DNA from: Carcharhinus longimanus
Lineage: Eukaryota
Direction of reading: 5' to 3'
Length of the DNA: 64,000 bases
Assembly (NCBI GenBank): GCA_030264375.1
Contig: JASCQW010000162.1
Coordinates: 82,428,347 to 82,492,346, forward strand
In this document: positions 25,310-37,948 of the stretch, piece after piece
How positions within the stretch are numbered: the first letter of the stretch is position 1
Layout: each line of letters opens with the position of its first letter
Translations under genes and position numbers: made by a program
The notes under the pieces: model-generated
What the model saw: the letters and a program-made list of their open reading frames with translations, nothing else
What the model was told of the DNA's origin: nothing
Database searches by the model: none

Positions 25310-25915
25310 TGTTCTGGGGATGGCAGGGCTTTGTGAAGAGAGAGAGATTGGGTAAACAGGGTCTGTACTCTCCAGGGGTTCAAAGAATGAGAGGAGATCT
25401 CATTGAAACTGACAAAATACTTATGGGAATCAGTAGGGTAGATTCTGGTTAGATGTTCCCCTTGGTAGGAGAGTCTAGAACCAGGGGCACAATTTTGAAA
25501 TAAGGACCGAGATGAGAGGAATTTCTTTACACAAATGGCTATGAATCTTTTAAAATTCTCTACTCCATAAGCTCATAACATATAGGAGCAGAATTAGGCC
25601 ATTCGGCCCATTGAGTCTGTTCTCCCATTCGATCATGGCTGATGGGCTCCTCATTTCCCATTTTCCTCCCTTCTCCTCATAACCCTTCAACCCAATCTGT
25701 TGAACTCCTCCTAAAATTTACTCACTGTCCCAGCATCCACTGTTCCAGAGGGTTGGGTACCTCAGATTATGTTTAAGGTAGAGGTGATAAATTTTTGATT
25801 AACAATAACGTAAGGCATTATAGAGATAGTGGGTGTAAAAGGCATCAAAATGCCTGATCAGCCATGATCGTAATGATGGAACAGACTCAACAGGCTGGAT
25901 GGCCTAGGTCCTATC
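25310..25915 (+). mobile_element. CR1 3' fragment with an inverted CR1 tail inserted at ~25570-25745
   Basis: RMRGDLIET motif; the inserted piece is the reverse complement of the CR1 3' UTR. Confidence 0.75.
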
Positions 25916-26769
25916 GGACAGATTTCTGCCATTAGAGGGTGTAAGGTTTTTTAAAAAAAGCATGGTTTTGGCTGTGCTGGGTTTCTTAGATTTGTGGATA
26001 AAGGATATTCACTCAGCCTGTACATCCATTTGGTCTGTGATCTGACCTTTTCTGACAAACAGATTTACAAGATGTTCAGAACGATAAAATAGAGGTGTAA
26101 AAGTAACTGCTATCATCTGTTGAATCCAATGATGATGGCACTCAATTTAACTGTAGGATAAGACAGAAAAGAACAATGAACAAAAGATATTATCTAGCTC
26201 CAGCTTTGTCTAAACTTTGTTTTATAACTAGTGTTTAGATTCGTCTGGTTTAAGTCATGTTCTTGCTGCCTAAAGATTTAATTTGATATTACCTGTCAGC
26301 ATCTGAGGCCATTTAAACATTCAGCGAGATGACTTATAACAAACAGCCAGTTCTTGTTTGTTTTGTTCATTTTTGCACAAAGCTACACTAGTATGACTCA
26401 GTAATTGGGCATGAGGGAATGGGTAACAAAGGCTGTCACCACTGTGGGTTCAGGAATATTTGTCCTGGCAGAAAGCTAAGGGCTATTTTAAATGTGACAG
26501 CTTGGAAAAAGCCAAGTTGTACAATATTGTACAACTGATGTTGGAAACTGTTCCAGGTGCTGGGTTTGCATCTCATTGAACCAAACAATTTGGCACTTTG
26601 TCCAAAATGTCTGATGCAGACTGAAATTGCAGTTGTCGCACTGGTTTTCCAGGTCATAGCTTTTCCCCCTCAGTTGAAATCAAATAGTATAAGAAGATGT
26701 TGCATAGACATCCAGTTAGTAAATGATTAGGTAACTCTCATTCCCAAAGCTTTGCATTTCAAATTGCAC

Positions 26770-27575
26770 TAACATAGAAAATAGGAGCAAGAGTAGGCCA
26801 TCCGGCCCCTCAAGTCTGCTCCGCTATTCGACATGATCTTGGCTGATCGTCTACCTCAATGACGTACTCTCGCGCCCTCCCTGTATCCTTTAACATCTTT
26901 TACAGTTTAAAAATGTATCTATTTCCTCTTTCATTATAATCAGTGACCTGCCATCCATAGCCTTCTTTGGTAGATAATTTCACTGGTCCACCACCCTCTG
27001 TGAGGATGTTTCTCCGTGTCTCAGTCTCAAGATACATGGTAGGCTATTTAGGGCAGTATGGTGGTTAGCATTATTGCCTCAGAGTGCCAGGGATCTGGGT
27101 TCGATTTCTGGCTTGGGTCACTGACTGTGTGGAGTCTGCATGTTCTCCCTGTTTCTGCGTGGGTTTCCTATGGGTGCTCCGACTTCCTCCCACAATCCAA
27201 AAGATGTGCTGGTTAGGTGGATTGGCCATGCTAAATTCTCCTTCAGTGTACGCAAACAGGCACTGGAATGTGGAGACTCGGGGACTTTCATAGTAACTTC
27301 GTTGCAGTATGAATGTAAGCCCTACTTGTGACTAATTATTAAATAAAAGGACTGTGATTCCTTGTTCTAGATACCCTAGCAGAGGAAACGACATCCCTGC
27401 ATCCATTCTGTCCAATCCTGTCAGAATTTTATGCATTTCAATTGGATCCTCCTCTTATTTTTCTAAATTTTAGTGAATTCAGGCCCAGTCTACCCAATCT
27501 CTCTTCATACGACAATCCTGCCATTCCAGAAATCAGTAGTGAATCTTCACTCTATGGCAAGTATTTATTTTCTTA
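26770..27575 (-). mobile_element. CR1 3' fragment interrupted by a V-SINE
   Basis: aacatagaaaataggagc tail; the LINE resumes at ~27350 after the SINE. Confidence 0.75.
27051..27347 (+). mobile_element. V-SINE with alternative tail (family A2)
   Basis: HE1-like head and V-domain, but tail gtaacttc..tgcagt..taagcc.tacttgtgac..aataaa. Confidence 0.85.
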
Positions 27576-28029
27576 GATTTTTCTCTCGGTTTGAATCCAG
27601 TGTTGTGTGATGCTTATAACCATAGAATACAATGAACTAATCCAAGAGAAAAGAATTTTAAAGCAGCAGAGTGCTACCATTAAACAGTTGTGGTTGGAGA
27701 AAGAAAGTTGCTTGATTATGCTAAAGAAATCCAGAAAAACTATGCAACTTGTGGAGTTGCTACTTCCCATTCCAGAGGAGGTGGGGATTGGTTTCTCCAC
27801 TCATGAATTTATAAGTTATTCCACAAGGCAGTCTGGCTCCAAGTCATTGACTTATTTCCATAGCAATTAAGTGTGTGCTACCAATGGTTACATGCGTAGC
27901 TAGTAATTGCTAATAATAAATACAAATGAGACATTTACACTAAGGTACTGGAGGGTTAATAGGTTTAAGAGTTGGAAAGGATCAGCTGAAGAAACCTTAC
28001 TAATTCTGAAAAGTCTAATCGAATAAAAA

Positions 28030-28320
28030 AGTTATAGTACAGGAGGAGACCATTCTCTTCATCTTATCTATGTCAGCTCGAGGATCCCCAGGTGCCCTTT
28101 CTAATCCCACCTTTCTGCAACTGGTCCATAGCCTTGTAGCTTACAGCACTTAAGGTGCAGATCCAAGTACTTATTAAAAAAGAGTTTATGGTCTCTGCCT
28201 CTACCACCAACTCAGGCCGCAAATTCTAGACACCCACTACCCTCCATGTAAAAAAAAAAAAAAATTCCTCCCCATGTTGCCTCTACACCTTCTGCCACTT
28301 ACTTTGAATCCATGTCCTCT
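28030..28320 (-). mobile_element. CR1-type LINE 3' UTR fragment
   Basis: Reverse complement of 40460-40760 (gcagatccaagtac vs gtacttggatctg). Confidence 0.6.
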
Positions 28321-28679
28321 ATAGCTCTGATTTATATCTTTATTCGCTCTGGCTACCTGAGAATACACATTTTTCGAAATATTACTTCATCTGATTAGTT
28401 ACGATGATTTGACTCATTTCTGAATTTTCCAGGTCTAAAGGATGTGGTTTTTCAAGGTTGGAGCGGAAAGTGACTACTATGAGGCCTCTCCTTCCCAGCT
28501 AAAACACTGAGTAGAATTCCTTTCACTATCTAAACTTTGTCCACAGAAACTCACTTGAAAATGAAGGATAATGTGAAGAATTTATTCATCACATTAGACT
28601 GGAACGCACGGAATCAGTTAACACTGTAGCAGATCGTTGGAATATTCTGCAATGTTCCTATTGTAGCCTGGCATAATAC

Positions 28680-28950
28680 TATGTTGTCAAAGGCACTGCA
28701 CTTGGAATGAGACATTTAATCATTCTGTTTTCTTGCTTTGGATCCCTGGAATAAGGGGAAGTGCTTTCAAAGCTTGGAGATGCCTCTTTCGAATCATACT
28801 AACTGATTATTCACCTCATTGCTATTTGTGGTAATTTGTTGACTCTTTTCCTTAGATGACAACACTTGGGTGCATCAAAGAGCAATTCTCCGAGGTGCTT
28901 TTGAGAAGTTCTGATTTGAAAAGACATTATATAATTGCGAGCATTATTAT
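28680..28950 (+). mobile_element. Old DeuSINE-like fragment
   Basis: atgagacattta...ttattcacctcattgctatttgtgg...aagacattatataa matches the DeuSINE body and tail. Confidence 0.45.
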
Positions 28951-29439
28951 GTACTGTGATTATATAGATTGGTACCTCAACATCACTTTGAAAAATCTGT
29001 TATTCTCTGTGTTGGCTTTAGACATTCTAATATTTTGGCAAATAATGAAAACTTAAGCTATTTCTTTAATTGGATAATAATGTGCCTCTACCACTTCTAG
29101 CCAACAGTCTCTGGAATTGTGTTGCAGTTTTCTTGTTTACACTTGATTGATGTTATGATTTTCAGTATGCCTCAGAAATTGTCTTGTTCCATCATCGTTC
29201 CAATGTGCACATTTGCACCCACCCCAACCCCCAACTTTCCGCACTCTTCCTATTCTCACACTAAGGAGTGCGTCAGTGGTATACTACGAGGTGACGTTAT
29301 GTGTCACGTGTGGTTGCATGATTCACTGTCACTGGCCAGTTTACCATTGCAACACCAAGAGCCTCTGTAGTTCCTCCTTGTGGGGACATGTGACACCTTA
29401 CTGCAGAATCCATACTGTTTGCTCACATTTAGTCCTCCA

Positions 29440-29680
29440 TAAAATTGAGTTGATCCAAAATGCCTCTACTCACAACAAATCCCATTCACTCACTGCCTGT
29501 ATATCAACAGATCTACTTTAGCTTCCGGTTACGCCACAACTTGATTTAAAATTCTCACCCTTGATTTCAAATCCCTCCAAAGGGGCCTCACCCCCTCCCT
29601 ACACCAGTAAACTCCTCTTGTGCTGCAACCCTCTGAGAAATCCTCGTTCATCTAATTTTGGCCTTGAGAGCATTTCCAGC
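29440..29680 (+). mobile_element. L2-like fragment
   Basis: IQNA...SHS...FKILTLDFKSL-type motif (tttaaaattctcacccttgatttcaaatccctcc). Confidence 0.6.
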
Positions 29681-29684
29681 TTTC

Positions 29685-30020
29685 ATAGAATCTTTACAGT
29701 GCAGGAGGAGACCATTTGACCCATTGAGTCGACACTGACTCTCCGACAGAGCATCTTATCCAGGCCCTATCCCCCTAACCCCACACATTTATCTCGCTAA
29801 TCCCCCTAACCTACAAATTTTAGGATGGTAAGGGTTGATTTTGCATGGCCAATCAAATTAATCTGCGCATCTTTGGACTGTGGGAGGAAACTGGAGCGCC
29901 CGGAGGAAACCCATGCAGACATGAGGTGAACTGCAGTCAAGCAATCAGCCATGGCTGGAATTGAACCTGGGTCCCTGGTGCTGAGGCAGCAGTGCTAACC
30001 AGTGTGCTACCGTGCTGCCG
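29685..30020 (-). mobile_element. HE1-like V-SINE
   Basis: Tail, V-domain and head all present. Confidence 0.88.
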
Positions 30021-30900
30021 ATTAGTTTGTTCCAGTGTTGGAGATATGGACTGTTTGATTATCTGAGGAATTGCAAATGGACGTAGAGAAATCGTGCTGC
30101 TGCTTAAGTGAATAAGTTTGGTATGGTAATAAGCCAAGAAAATGGATAAAATGAGGTTAAATAAATGATCGCTGAAGTTATAAGTTCAATACCAATAATG
30201 AACTGAAGGCTATTTTTCCAAATTTGAGAACCTCAAATCGGTGCCTGAATTACAGGAGAATATGAAGGGTGAAAAGACTAGTAATATATTAGTGAGCAGC
30301 AAATGACACCACACTTGGGTTGAACAGTCCTGCAGCAATAGAGCACAAAGGAAAATATGTTTGGATCACGAAGTATGCAATGAGTTTTTGCTATCACAAG
30401 GCAAGGATGGGAGAAGCTTTAGGTGTATTAGGTGCTTACAAAAATAAATGAAAAATGCGGTTTTAGGCCAAGATAATGGATGTACAAATCAATGCTTTTT
30501 AATTGATTGTGACCACGTAGATTAAAATCTATCTAATCCACATGTCAAGTGGAGAGATCTCGAGACCCAGGTGTATTATTAATATATGTAAAGTTGCAAA
30601 ATAAGTGCATAATAGCAGATGTTAGTTACAAAGAAGGTAACCTAGGGGCTAAGAAGAGCCAGGAACTGAAAGCAATTAATATCAGCAGAGTGAAAGTACT
30701 GGAGAAACTCAAAGGACTAAAATCCAACCAATCCTCGGGACCTCATGGTATTATGTGGTCTTACAAAAAGGAAATCTGTTTTGACAAATGAGGTCATTGG
30801 GATGTAACTGATAGAAGAGATAAAGGGGAATAGTAGTTGCAACACATTTGGATTTTTCAAGGGCATTTTTTTAAGGTGATTTGCAGAAGGTTTAACAGAT

Positions 30901-31890
30901 GGGGTGGTGGATGTAGTGGACTATTAATCCTGAGACCCAAGCTAATGCTGTAGCTACATGGCAACTGATAGAACTTAAATTCAATTCATCAATCTGGAAT
31001 TAAAAAAACTAGCCTTAAGAATAACGCTCATGAAACATTTATCGTTTCTCAAAACACTTATCCGGTTCACTGGTGTTCTTTAGGGAAGGAAATCTGCCAC
31101 CCATACCTGGTCTAGCCTACGTGTGACTCCAGATCCACAGCAATGTGGTTGACTTAAATGTCCTAGCAAGTCACTCTGCTATGAAACCCACAAGAAGGAA
31201 TAAAATTGGACAGACCACCTGACATTGACTGAGGCACTTGAAACAACAATGTCGACCCTGCAAAGACCACCTTACCAACACCATGGGACTTGTGCCAAAA
31301 TTGGGAGAGCTGTCCCACATACTAGTCAAGCAACAGCCTATCATTATCTGTAAGATATAATTCCATGAGCGTGACAATGTCCCAGGTATCACCATCACCA
31401 GCATTGGGCAAGTTCTGTCCCACTGACAGGACAGACCCACCAGAGATGGAGACACAGTAATATGCTGTCTGGAGGGAGTTGCGCTGGGTGTTCTCAACAT
31501 GGACTCCAAACCCAAGTTTCATGACATCAGGTCAAACATAGAAAAGAAAATCGGCTGGTTAACCAGGGTGACTCAGTTCCTGACCTCATTACAGCCTTAG
31601 TCCAAATGTAGACAAAAGAGGTTGAACGCCCGATGTGAGATAAGAGTGACGGCCCTTGACATCAATGTGGCAGTTAACTAAATGCAGCATCAAAAAGCCT
31701 GAGAAAAATGGAGTCAATGGGAATTGGAGTTGTACCTAGCACAAAAGGAAGATAGTTGTGGTTGTTAGAGGTCAAGCATCTCAGTCCCATGACATCAATG
31801 TAGGAGTTCCTCAGTGGACGAGGCCCAACCATCTTCAACTATGTCATTAGTAAACTTTCTTGCATGATGAGGTCAAAAGTGGAGCTGTTT
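30901..31890 (+). mobile_element. Family-B SINE head and body joined directly to CR1-group LINE endonuclease and RT remnants
   Basis: SINE body to ctagcaagtcactc (~31176), then GLVPKLGELSHILVKQQP (endonuclease N-terminus), QDRP, ALDI and PTIF motifs. Confidence 0.75.
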
Positions 31891-33411
31891 TCTGTTTTCA
31901 GTTTCATTTTGATCAGGTGCAATGAATCTTTACTCCCTGACCCGGAAACAAACCCAGGCCGCGATGGTGAGAGCAATGAATCCTGACCACCAGGGAAGAT
32001 CCCACTCCTATTTCTTGTGTTCATTCTGTTCCTTTAAATCATCACCCACTTGTAGTGCAGCGAATAGCTGGAAGGTATGTGTGTCAAGCTTAGCAGAGCC
32101 AAGGAGCATCACTGTATATCAGATCTCATTATATTGAGTTGCATTAAAGTTAAATGCTCCAAATGTAATGACTTCATTAAATACTAAAAATGACAATGAG
32201 AACTGTGTGCTTGATACTCGCAAATTATGGGAGTTCACATGTGTAGCCCAGGAGCAAATATTTTAATTGAGAAATTGTCAGAAAAAGCAATTATTGAAAC
32301 CAATATTTGTTAGGCATGTGCAAATGTGCAAATACAGTGTGCTTGTCTATCTGATATATATGTTGACCTAGAGCTTCCACGAGACTGGGGCAGGAAATGC
32401 ATTGAAACTTGATGATTCACCCTAGTTTCATGAAAGGAGAGAACCTAGACTTTAGAACAAACTTGCATTTTAGATGCCATAATTCAGCGTCAGAAGTATT
32501 TTTTGAAAGGTGGTCATTTTAGAATGGTGTGTTATTCCTCTCCAGGAATTAGAAATTTATAAACAAGTTGCCATTGAAAGACTTGACTCGTCATTGACAT
32601 TTTAAAATAATCTTGGGCTGCATTTATCGATAGTACAGAATATAGTGTGTGTATATATTGCCATGATCTGTGCACAGGAAATGACATGCTGGTAGCTTGG
32701 GAGTTTTCACTAGTGTGGCTACAGACTTGGATTGTGGCTGAAGATCTTGCAGTACACCATTTTTACTATAAGTTGTAATCTTTTTATCATTCCTACACAA
32801 TCCAGCAACTTTACATATAGCAATTAGAATGTTTGGCCTTTGAGTTAGGATAACGTAAGCGTTCAAATTGAGCAACAGAATGTACATATTGCTTTGTATA
32901 GGAGAATGTTCCTTTGGTCTAAAGCAGTGTACTACTCAACTTGCCATTATCAACTTCCATGGGAAAGCTATTAATACATGTTCTGCCTATAAAACAACAA
33001 TGACTGACTCTTCATTGCCATTCGATATATGGATTAGCAGTTGAAGACATCGCTAATGAGATGAGTCTTATGCCCCTTTTTAAAAATGTTTACAACATGG
33101 AATAAAGATTGCACGAAAACCCCAGAGGTATAGAACTACTTTTTATTACGTTTTTTGATTTCAATTCTTTAGGACTAAGTGACTCTGGATAAATTAGCTG
33201 CTTAATCGTTTTGATTCAAGGATATCTTTTACCTCTTCGCATTGTTTTGCGAAAGATTGGAAGTGGGAGTCTGCATAGCAGTTCTTTCATTTGGGAATGT
33301 AGCTAAATATTTGAACTGAGTTGTTTGGATAAATATAGGCTCTGAGGAGTTGGTCTGTCAGCTTGCATCCAAATCATGGCTTAGAGTAGAGATTTTCTAC
33401 TAAATTCGATA

Positions 33412-33710
33412 GTTTAAGTTTATTTATTAGACTCATGTAGGTTATGTTTAACATTACAATGGAGTTACTGTGTGAAAATCCCCTCATCACCACATTCTAC
33501 TTGGGTATACTGAGGGAAAATTTAGCATGGCCAATGCACCTAACCAGCGCATTTTTTGGACTGTGGGAGGAAGGAAGAGCACCCAGAAGAAACCCACACA
33601 GACACGAAGAGAATGCACAGACTCTACACAGTCATCCAAGCCACGAATCAAACCTAGATCCCTGGCACTGTTGAGGCAGCAGTGCTTGCCACCATGTACC
33701 CCATGTGCCA
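33412..33710 (-). mobile_element. V-SINE family A2
   Basis: tttaagtttatttattag tail; V-domain; head. Confidence 0.82.
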
Positions 33711-33712
33711 GA

Positions 33713-33912
33713 TAGAATCACTACAGTGACAAAGGAGGCAATTTAGCCCATTGATTCTGCATGAACTCTCTGAAAGGGTATCTGACCCAGGCCCTATCCC
33801 CGTAACCTTGTTCATTAATCATGTCCAAACCACCTAATCACATCTTTGGACTGGGAGGAAACCCATGCAGACACTGGGAAAGCATGCAAACTCCACACTG
33901 ACAATTACCCAA
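33713..33912 (-). mobile_element. HE1-like V-SINE fragment
   Basis: tagaatcactacagtg tail and V-domain. Confidence 0.75.
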
Positions 33913-33924
33913 GGATGTGCTGGT

Positions 33925-34420
33925 GAAGATTAGGGATAACGAGTCAAAAACCACTGATGGTACTAGTTTATAGACTCTTCTATTAGATTTGGTTGGAGAG
34001 AGTATTAATCAAAGCAGAAGGTGAGCTTGTAAAAAAGGCACTGCAACAATTGTATGGGACTTTAATCTTCAGATACAATGAACAACAAAAGGAGTTTGTG
34101 GAATACATTCAAGAGAGCTTCCTAGAACAATACACCATGGACCCAATCAGGGAAAAGGCTATTTTAATTTTTTAGCTTTTGTAATTAAAAAGGATTGATT
34201 AATGATCTCATTGCAATGGATTCACTGGGGATAAGTGATCAGAATGTGACAGCATTTCACACCGAGTGCAAGATTGACGTATATTGGTTGAAACTTAAGG
34301 CTAATTATATAGATATGGGGGGGGATTAGCTAACCTACTTTGAAAAATTAATTCGGATGATATGCTAGCAGATGAAAAATGGTGAACATTTAAAGANNNN
34401 NNNNNNGAAATATTTCATAA
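33925..34420 (+). mobile_element. CR1 endonuclease-region remnant
   Basis: GDFN, EFVEYIQESFLEQY..PIREKAIL and SDQN motifs. Confidence 0.7.
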
Positions 34421-34854
34421 TTCTCTGCGTGCCATTGAGAAATTTCCCATAAATTGGGACTATCTGACCTGTGTGTTTCTTTCTAACACTCGGAGCTGTT
34501 GGGGCTCTTAATAATTAAATTAATAAAATATTTTTCCACAACATGCCAAACAACTTATATCCTACCAAGCCCCTTGAGGTTGTAGGTAAGAATTTTTACC
34601 CCATTTATAAAGAAAGCTTATTCACATCTGGCAGCACTATCTTTGGAATTTTCCAGATCAAATTTTCCTTGCATACAGTTTTTAAGGCAGTCTGTCAACT
34701 TTTTGCTTGCTTGTTTGTTAAACTGAAGACTTTATTGAATCAGCTCCCAATGAAACTGCAGAAAAAATCTGTCCCTACCTTAACAGTGAGTGGAGCTAAA
34801 TTAGCTGGCTTACTGGGAGATGCTGTAAATGGCTGAAGTTATAGTTTTTTTTAA

Positions 34855-35133
34855 AAGCTTATCTATTAGTCATAAGTAAGGCTTAAATTAACATTGCAAT
34901 GAAGTTACTGTGAAATTCCCCTAGTTGCCACAGTCTGTCGCTTGTTTGAGTCAATGCACCTAACTAGCCTGTCTTTCAGAATGTGGGAGGAAACCAGAGC
35001 ACCTGGTGGAAACCCACATAGACATGGAGAGAGCGTGCAAACTCCACACAGACAGCGACCAAACCCGGGAATTGAACCTGTGATCTTGGTGCTGTGAAGC
35101 AGCAGTGATGACCACTGTAATACTGTGCTGCCC
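34855..35133 (-). mobile_element. V-SINE family A2
   Basis: attaacattgcaatgaagttactgtgaa tail; V-domain; head. Confidence 0.85.
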
Positions 35134-36339
35134 TATGCCTCTAGGTGGGAGCTGGAAAGTCTGGTGTACTGGAAGGTTGTTTGAAATTGGAACAAAGTTT
35201 GGTAAGTTCTAAATTTAATCTTCTCTTAATGTATGTGGNNNNNNNNNNNNNNNNNNNNNNNNNNNNNNNNNNNNNNNNNNNNNNNNNNNNNNNNNNNNNN
35301 NNNNNNNNNNNNNNNNNNNNNNNNNNNNNNNNNNNNNNNNNNNNNNNNNNNNNNNNNNNNNNTGTATTATCTGTAAATATCTGTAAAGAGCAGAGAGCTA
35401 ATTAGCTCGGAACTAATTATGTGTAAGTGTTTCAGGGAGCCACATTTCAGGCAGGACTAGGGTCAAACAATGTGTAGCACAACCAGTTCAACTCCCTCCC
35501 CCTCCCCATTGTAAAAGGTAGAATGACAGCCTGAAACATGAAAACACTTATCTTTCCAAGTTGAAGTGTGTTTGTTACCAACACCAAGGATCCAACTAGC
35601 ACACACAATAATGCTTACAGGTTTAAATGTACAACAGATAAAAAGAAAAATGGACAAGAAAGCGGTGGTTCAGGGAGGTATTTGCCCATTATATTTTCTG
35701 GATATTTAAAGTGCAAGTATCTGTTGCATTAATGCTATTTGTCATTGCAATTACAACATTAAAAGAGAAAATGTTGCTGCTTTTGTTACATGTTTGCTTC
35801 ATAGCAGCAGTAAAGCAGAAAATATTAAATCTGAAAGTGAAAGCTTGAGCTTTCAAATGAAATATCATGCTGTTTCTATTTATTGTCAAACAGATCTGCA
35901 TTTTCCTCTGAGCTGTTGGTTGTGCTTGGGCAGTTCAGCAAATGGAAGAGAGAATGGCCTTTGCAGTGTTAATGCCGTACTTACCTTGCAGTAGGGATAC
36001 TGTCACACACTGAATTGCCAGTTTTCATTCTAAGCTCTGAAAAAGCCACAAATGTCAATCACTATGTTGATTTGTGCTTTGCCCATTAATGGCAGCATTA
36101 ATGTAAATTACGACCGTATATAAATATGACATCAAAGAGATTGTACATCGTATGGCGCAAGATAATCAGTTTGACGGAGTGCACAGAATTGATTTCAGTG
36201 AATGAATGTATTCATTTATTATCTTAAAAACATCACATAAGTGTGCATGTTTTAGGAGGATGTATCCCAGCATTGCAAAGCATGTTCAAAGCGGCTACTT
36301 GCTCTGGCACATCTTCGCCCACAGTTGGTAAGTTGAGGC

Positions 36340-36665
36340 TGGGGTGGCCTGGTAGCACAGTGCCTCACAGTGCCAAGGACCCGGATTCAATTCCAGCCAT
36401 GGGTCACTGTCTGTGTAGAGAGATTGCACATTTTCCCTGTGTCTGCATGGGTTTCCTCCTCGTTTTTTCCCACAGCCTAGGTTCCTCCCACAGTCCAAAG
36501 ATGTGTGGGTTAGGTGGATTGGCCATGTTAAATTGCCCTTAATGTCCCAGAATGTTAGGTTAGATGGATTAGCCCTGGGAAATGTGTAGAGTCACAGGGA
36601 TGGGGGTGGGTGCGTGTGGGTGCTATGAGCCAAATGGCCTCCTTCTGCACTGCAGGGATTATACT
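36340..36665 (+). mobile_element. HE1-like V-SINE
   Basis: Head, V-domain and ggcctccttctgcactg tail. Confidence 0.85.
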
Positions 36666-36896
36666 GTTAGTTCCTTCTCTCTTGTCATGAAGAAATTAGT
36701 TTGATTTGCCATTCTTGGACCCAATGTAGATTACCTCACTCTTCTTTGCATTGATTCATTGAAAAGCAAGGATTCTTTCGTTGAGCATGGTTCCTTAACT
36801 GTATCAGTGCAGATTTTGTCTCTTAGAGTTATTTGTTACTTTTGTGTTGTACCAAAAACCTCAAGTTCCTGATGTTCCATACTTAGTTATTCTGAG

Positions 36897-37300
36897 CAGG
36901 GTAGCACAGTGTTTAGCGCTGCTATTCACAGCTCTGGCGACCTGGGTGCAATTCCCAGCTTGGGTCACCATCTGTGCAGAGTGTGCACATTCTCCCTGTG
37001 CCTGTATGGGTTTCCTTCCACAGTTCAAAAGACGTGCTGGTTAAGTACATTGGCCATGCTGAGTTCTCCCTCAGTGTACTTGAACAGGCGCCAGAGTGTG
37101 GCCTTGACAAAGTGTCATCTGGACTCGAAACATCAGCTCATTTCTCTCTTTACAGATGCTGCCAGACCTCCTGAGATTTTCCAGCATTTTCTCTTTTGGT
37201 TTCAGATTCCAGCATCTGCAATAATTTGCTTTTATTTACATGTGGTGACTTGGAGATTTTCACAGTAAGTTCATTGCAGTGTTAATGTAAGCCTGTTAAT
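36897..37300 (+). mobile_element. V-SINE family A2 carrying a Penelope-type insert
   Basis: The SINE breaks after gagtgtggc (37102) and resumes at atgtggtgacttgg (~37240). Confidence 0.85.
37103..37240 (+). mobile_element. Penelope-type terminal repeat with degenerate hammerhead core
   Basis: TTGACAA-agtgtc-atctg-gactc-GAAAC then acagatgctgccagacct...ttccagcatttt...cagattccagcatctgca; tgtgg is duplicated on both sides. Confidence 0.6.
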
Positions 37301-37642
37301 GTAAACCCTGAAAGCTCCAAAGAGACAGTATAATGTCTGTCTGAAAACCTTATTTAATACACTGCTATAAATGGCAAAAACTACGTATCCCTGAGGAAGA
37401 TGATGTGTTATCTTCTTCCAATCAAAGTATGTCCCATGCTCCCTATCCTGTCTCCTACATCCCAGAGTCCCTCCATTTCAATCTGCCTTTGTTTTTCTAG
37501 TAACTGCACATGAAGGAATCTATTAAATGCCTTCAGGAAGTTTGTATAGATCATTTTATAGACATTGCCCTGCCAAACATTTCATTGGCCTCCTCTTAAA
37601 AACTCAATTGGATTAGTCAGAAGTGAACTACTCTTTTTGCAC

Positions 37643-37948
37643 AGAATCCCAGCAGTGCAGAAGGAGGCCATTTGGCCCATCGAGTCTACACCAACCACAA
37701 TCCCATCCAGACCCTATTCTCATGCATTTACCCCAGGTAGTCTTCCTGATACTAAGGGGCAATTTAGTATGGCCAATCCACCTAATCCACACATCTTTAG
37801 ACTGTGGGAGGAAACCAGAGCATCCGAGGTGACCCACGCAGACACGGGGGGGAGAGTGCAAACTCCATACAGACAGTGACCCGAGAAAGGAATCGAACCT
37901 GGGCCCTTGGCGCTGTGAGGCAGCAGTGCCAACCACTGTGCCACCCTG
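37643..37948 (-). mobile_element. HE1-like V-SINE, well preserved
   Basis: Full head, V-domain and tail. Confidence 0.92.

Noticed and set aside
37880-37948. tRNA genes suggested by A and B boxes (many sites)
   Set aside because: All are SINE heads followed by SINE bodies; none has a complete cloverleaf.
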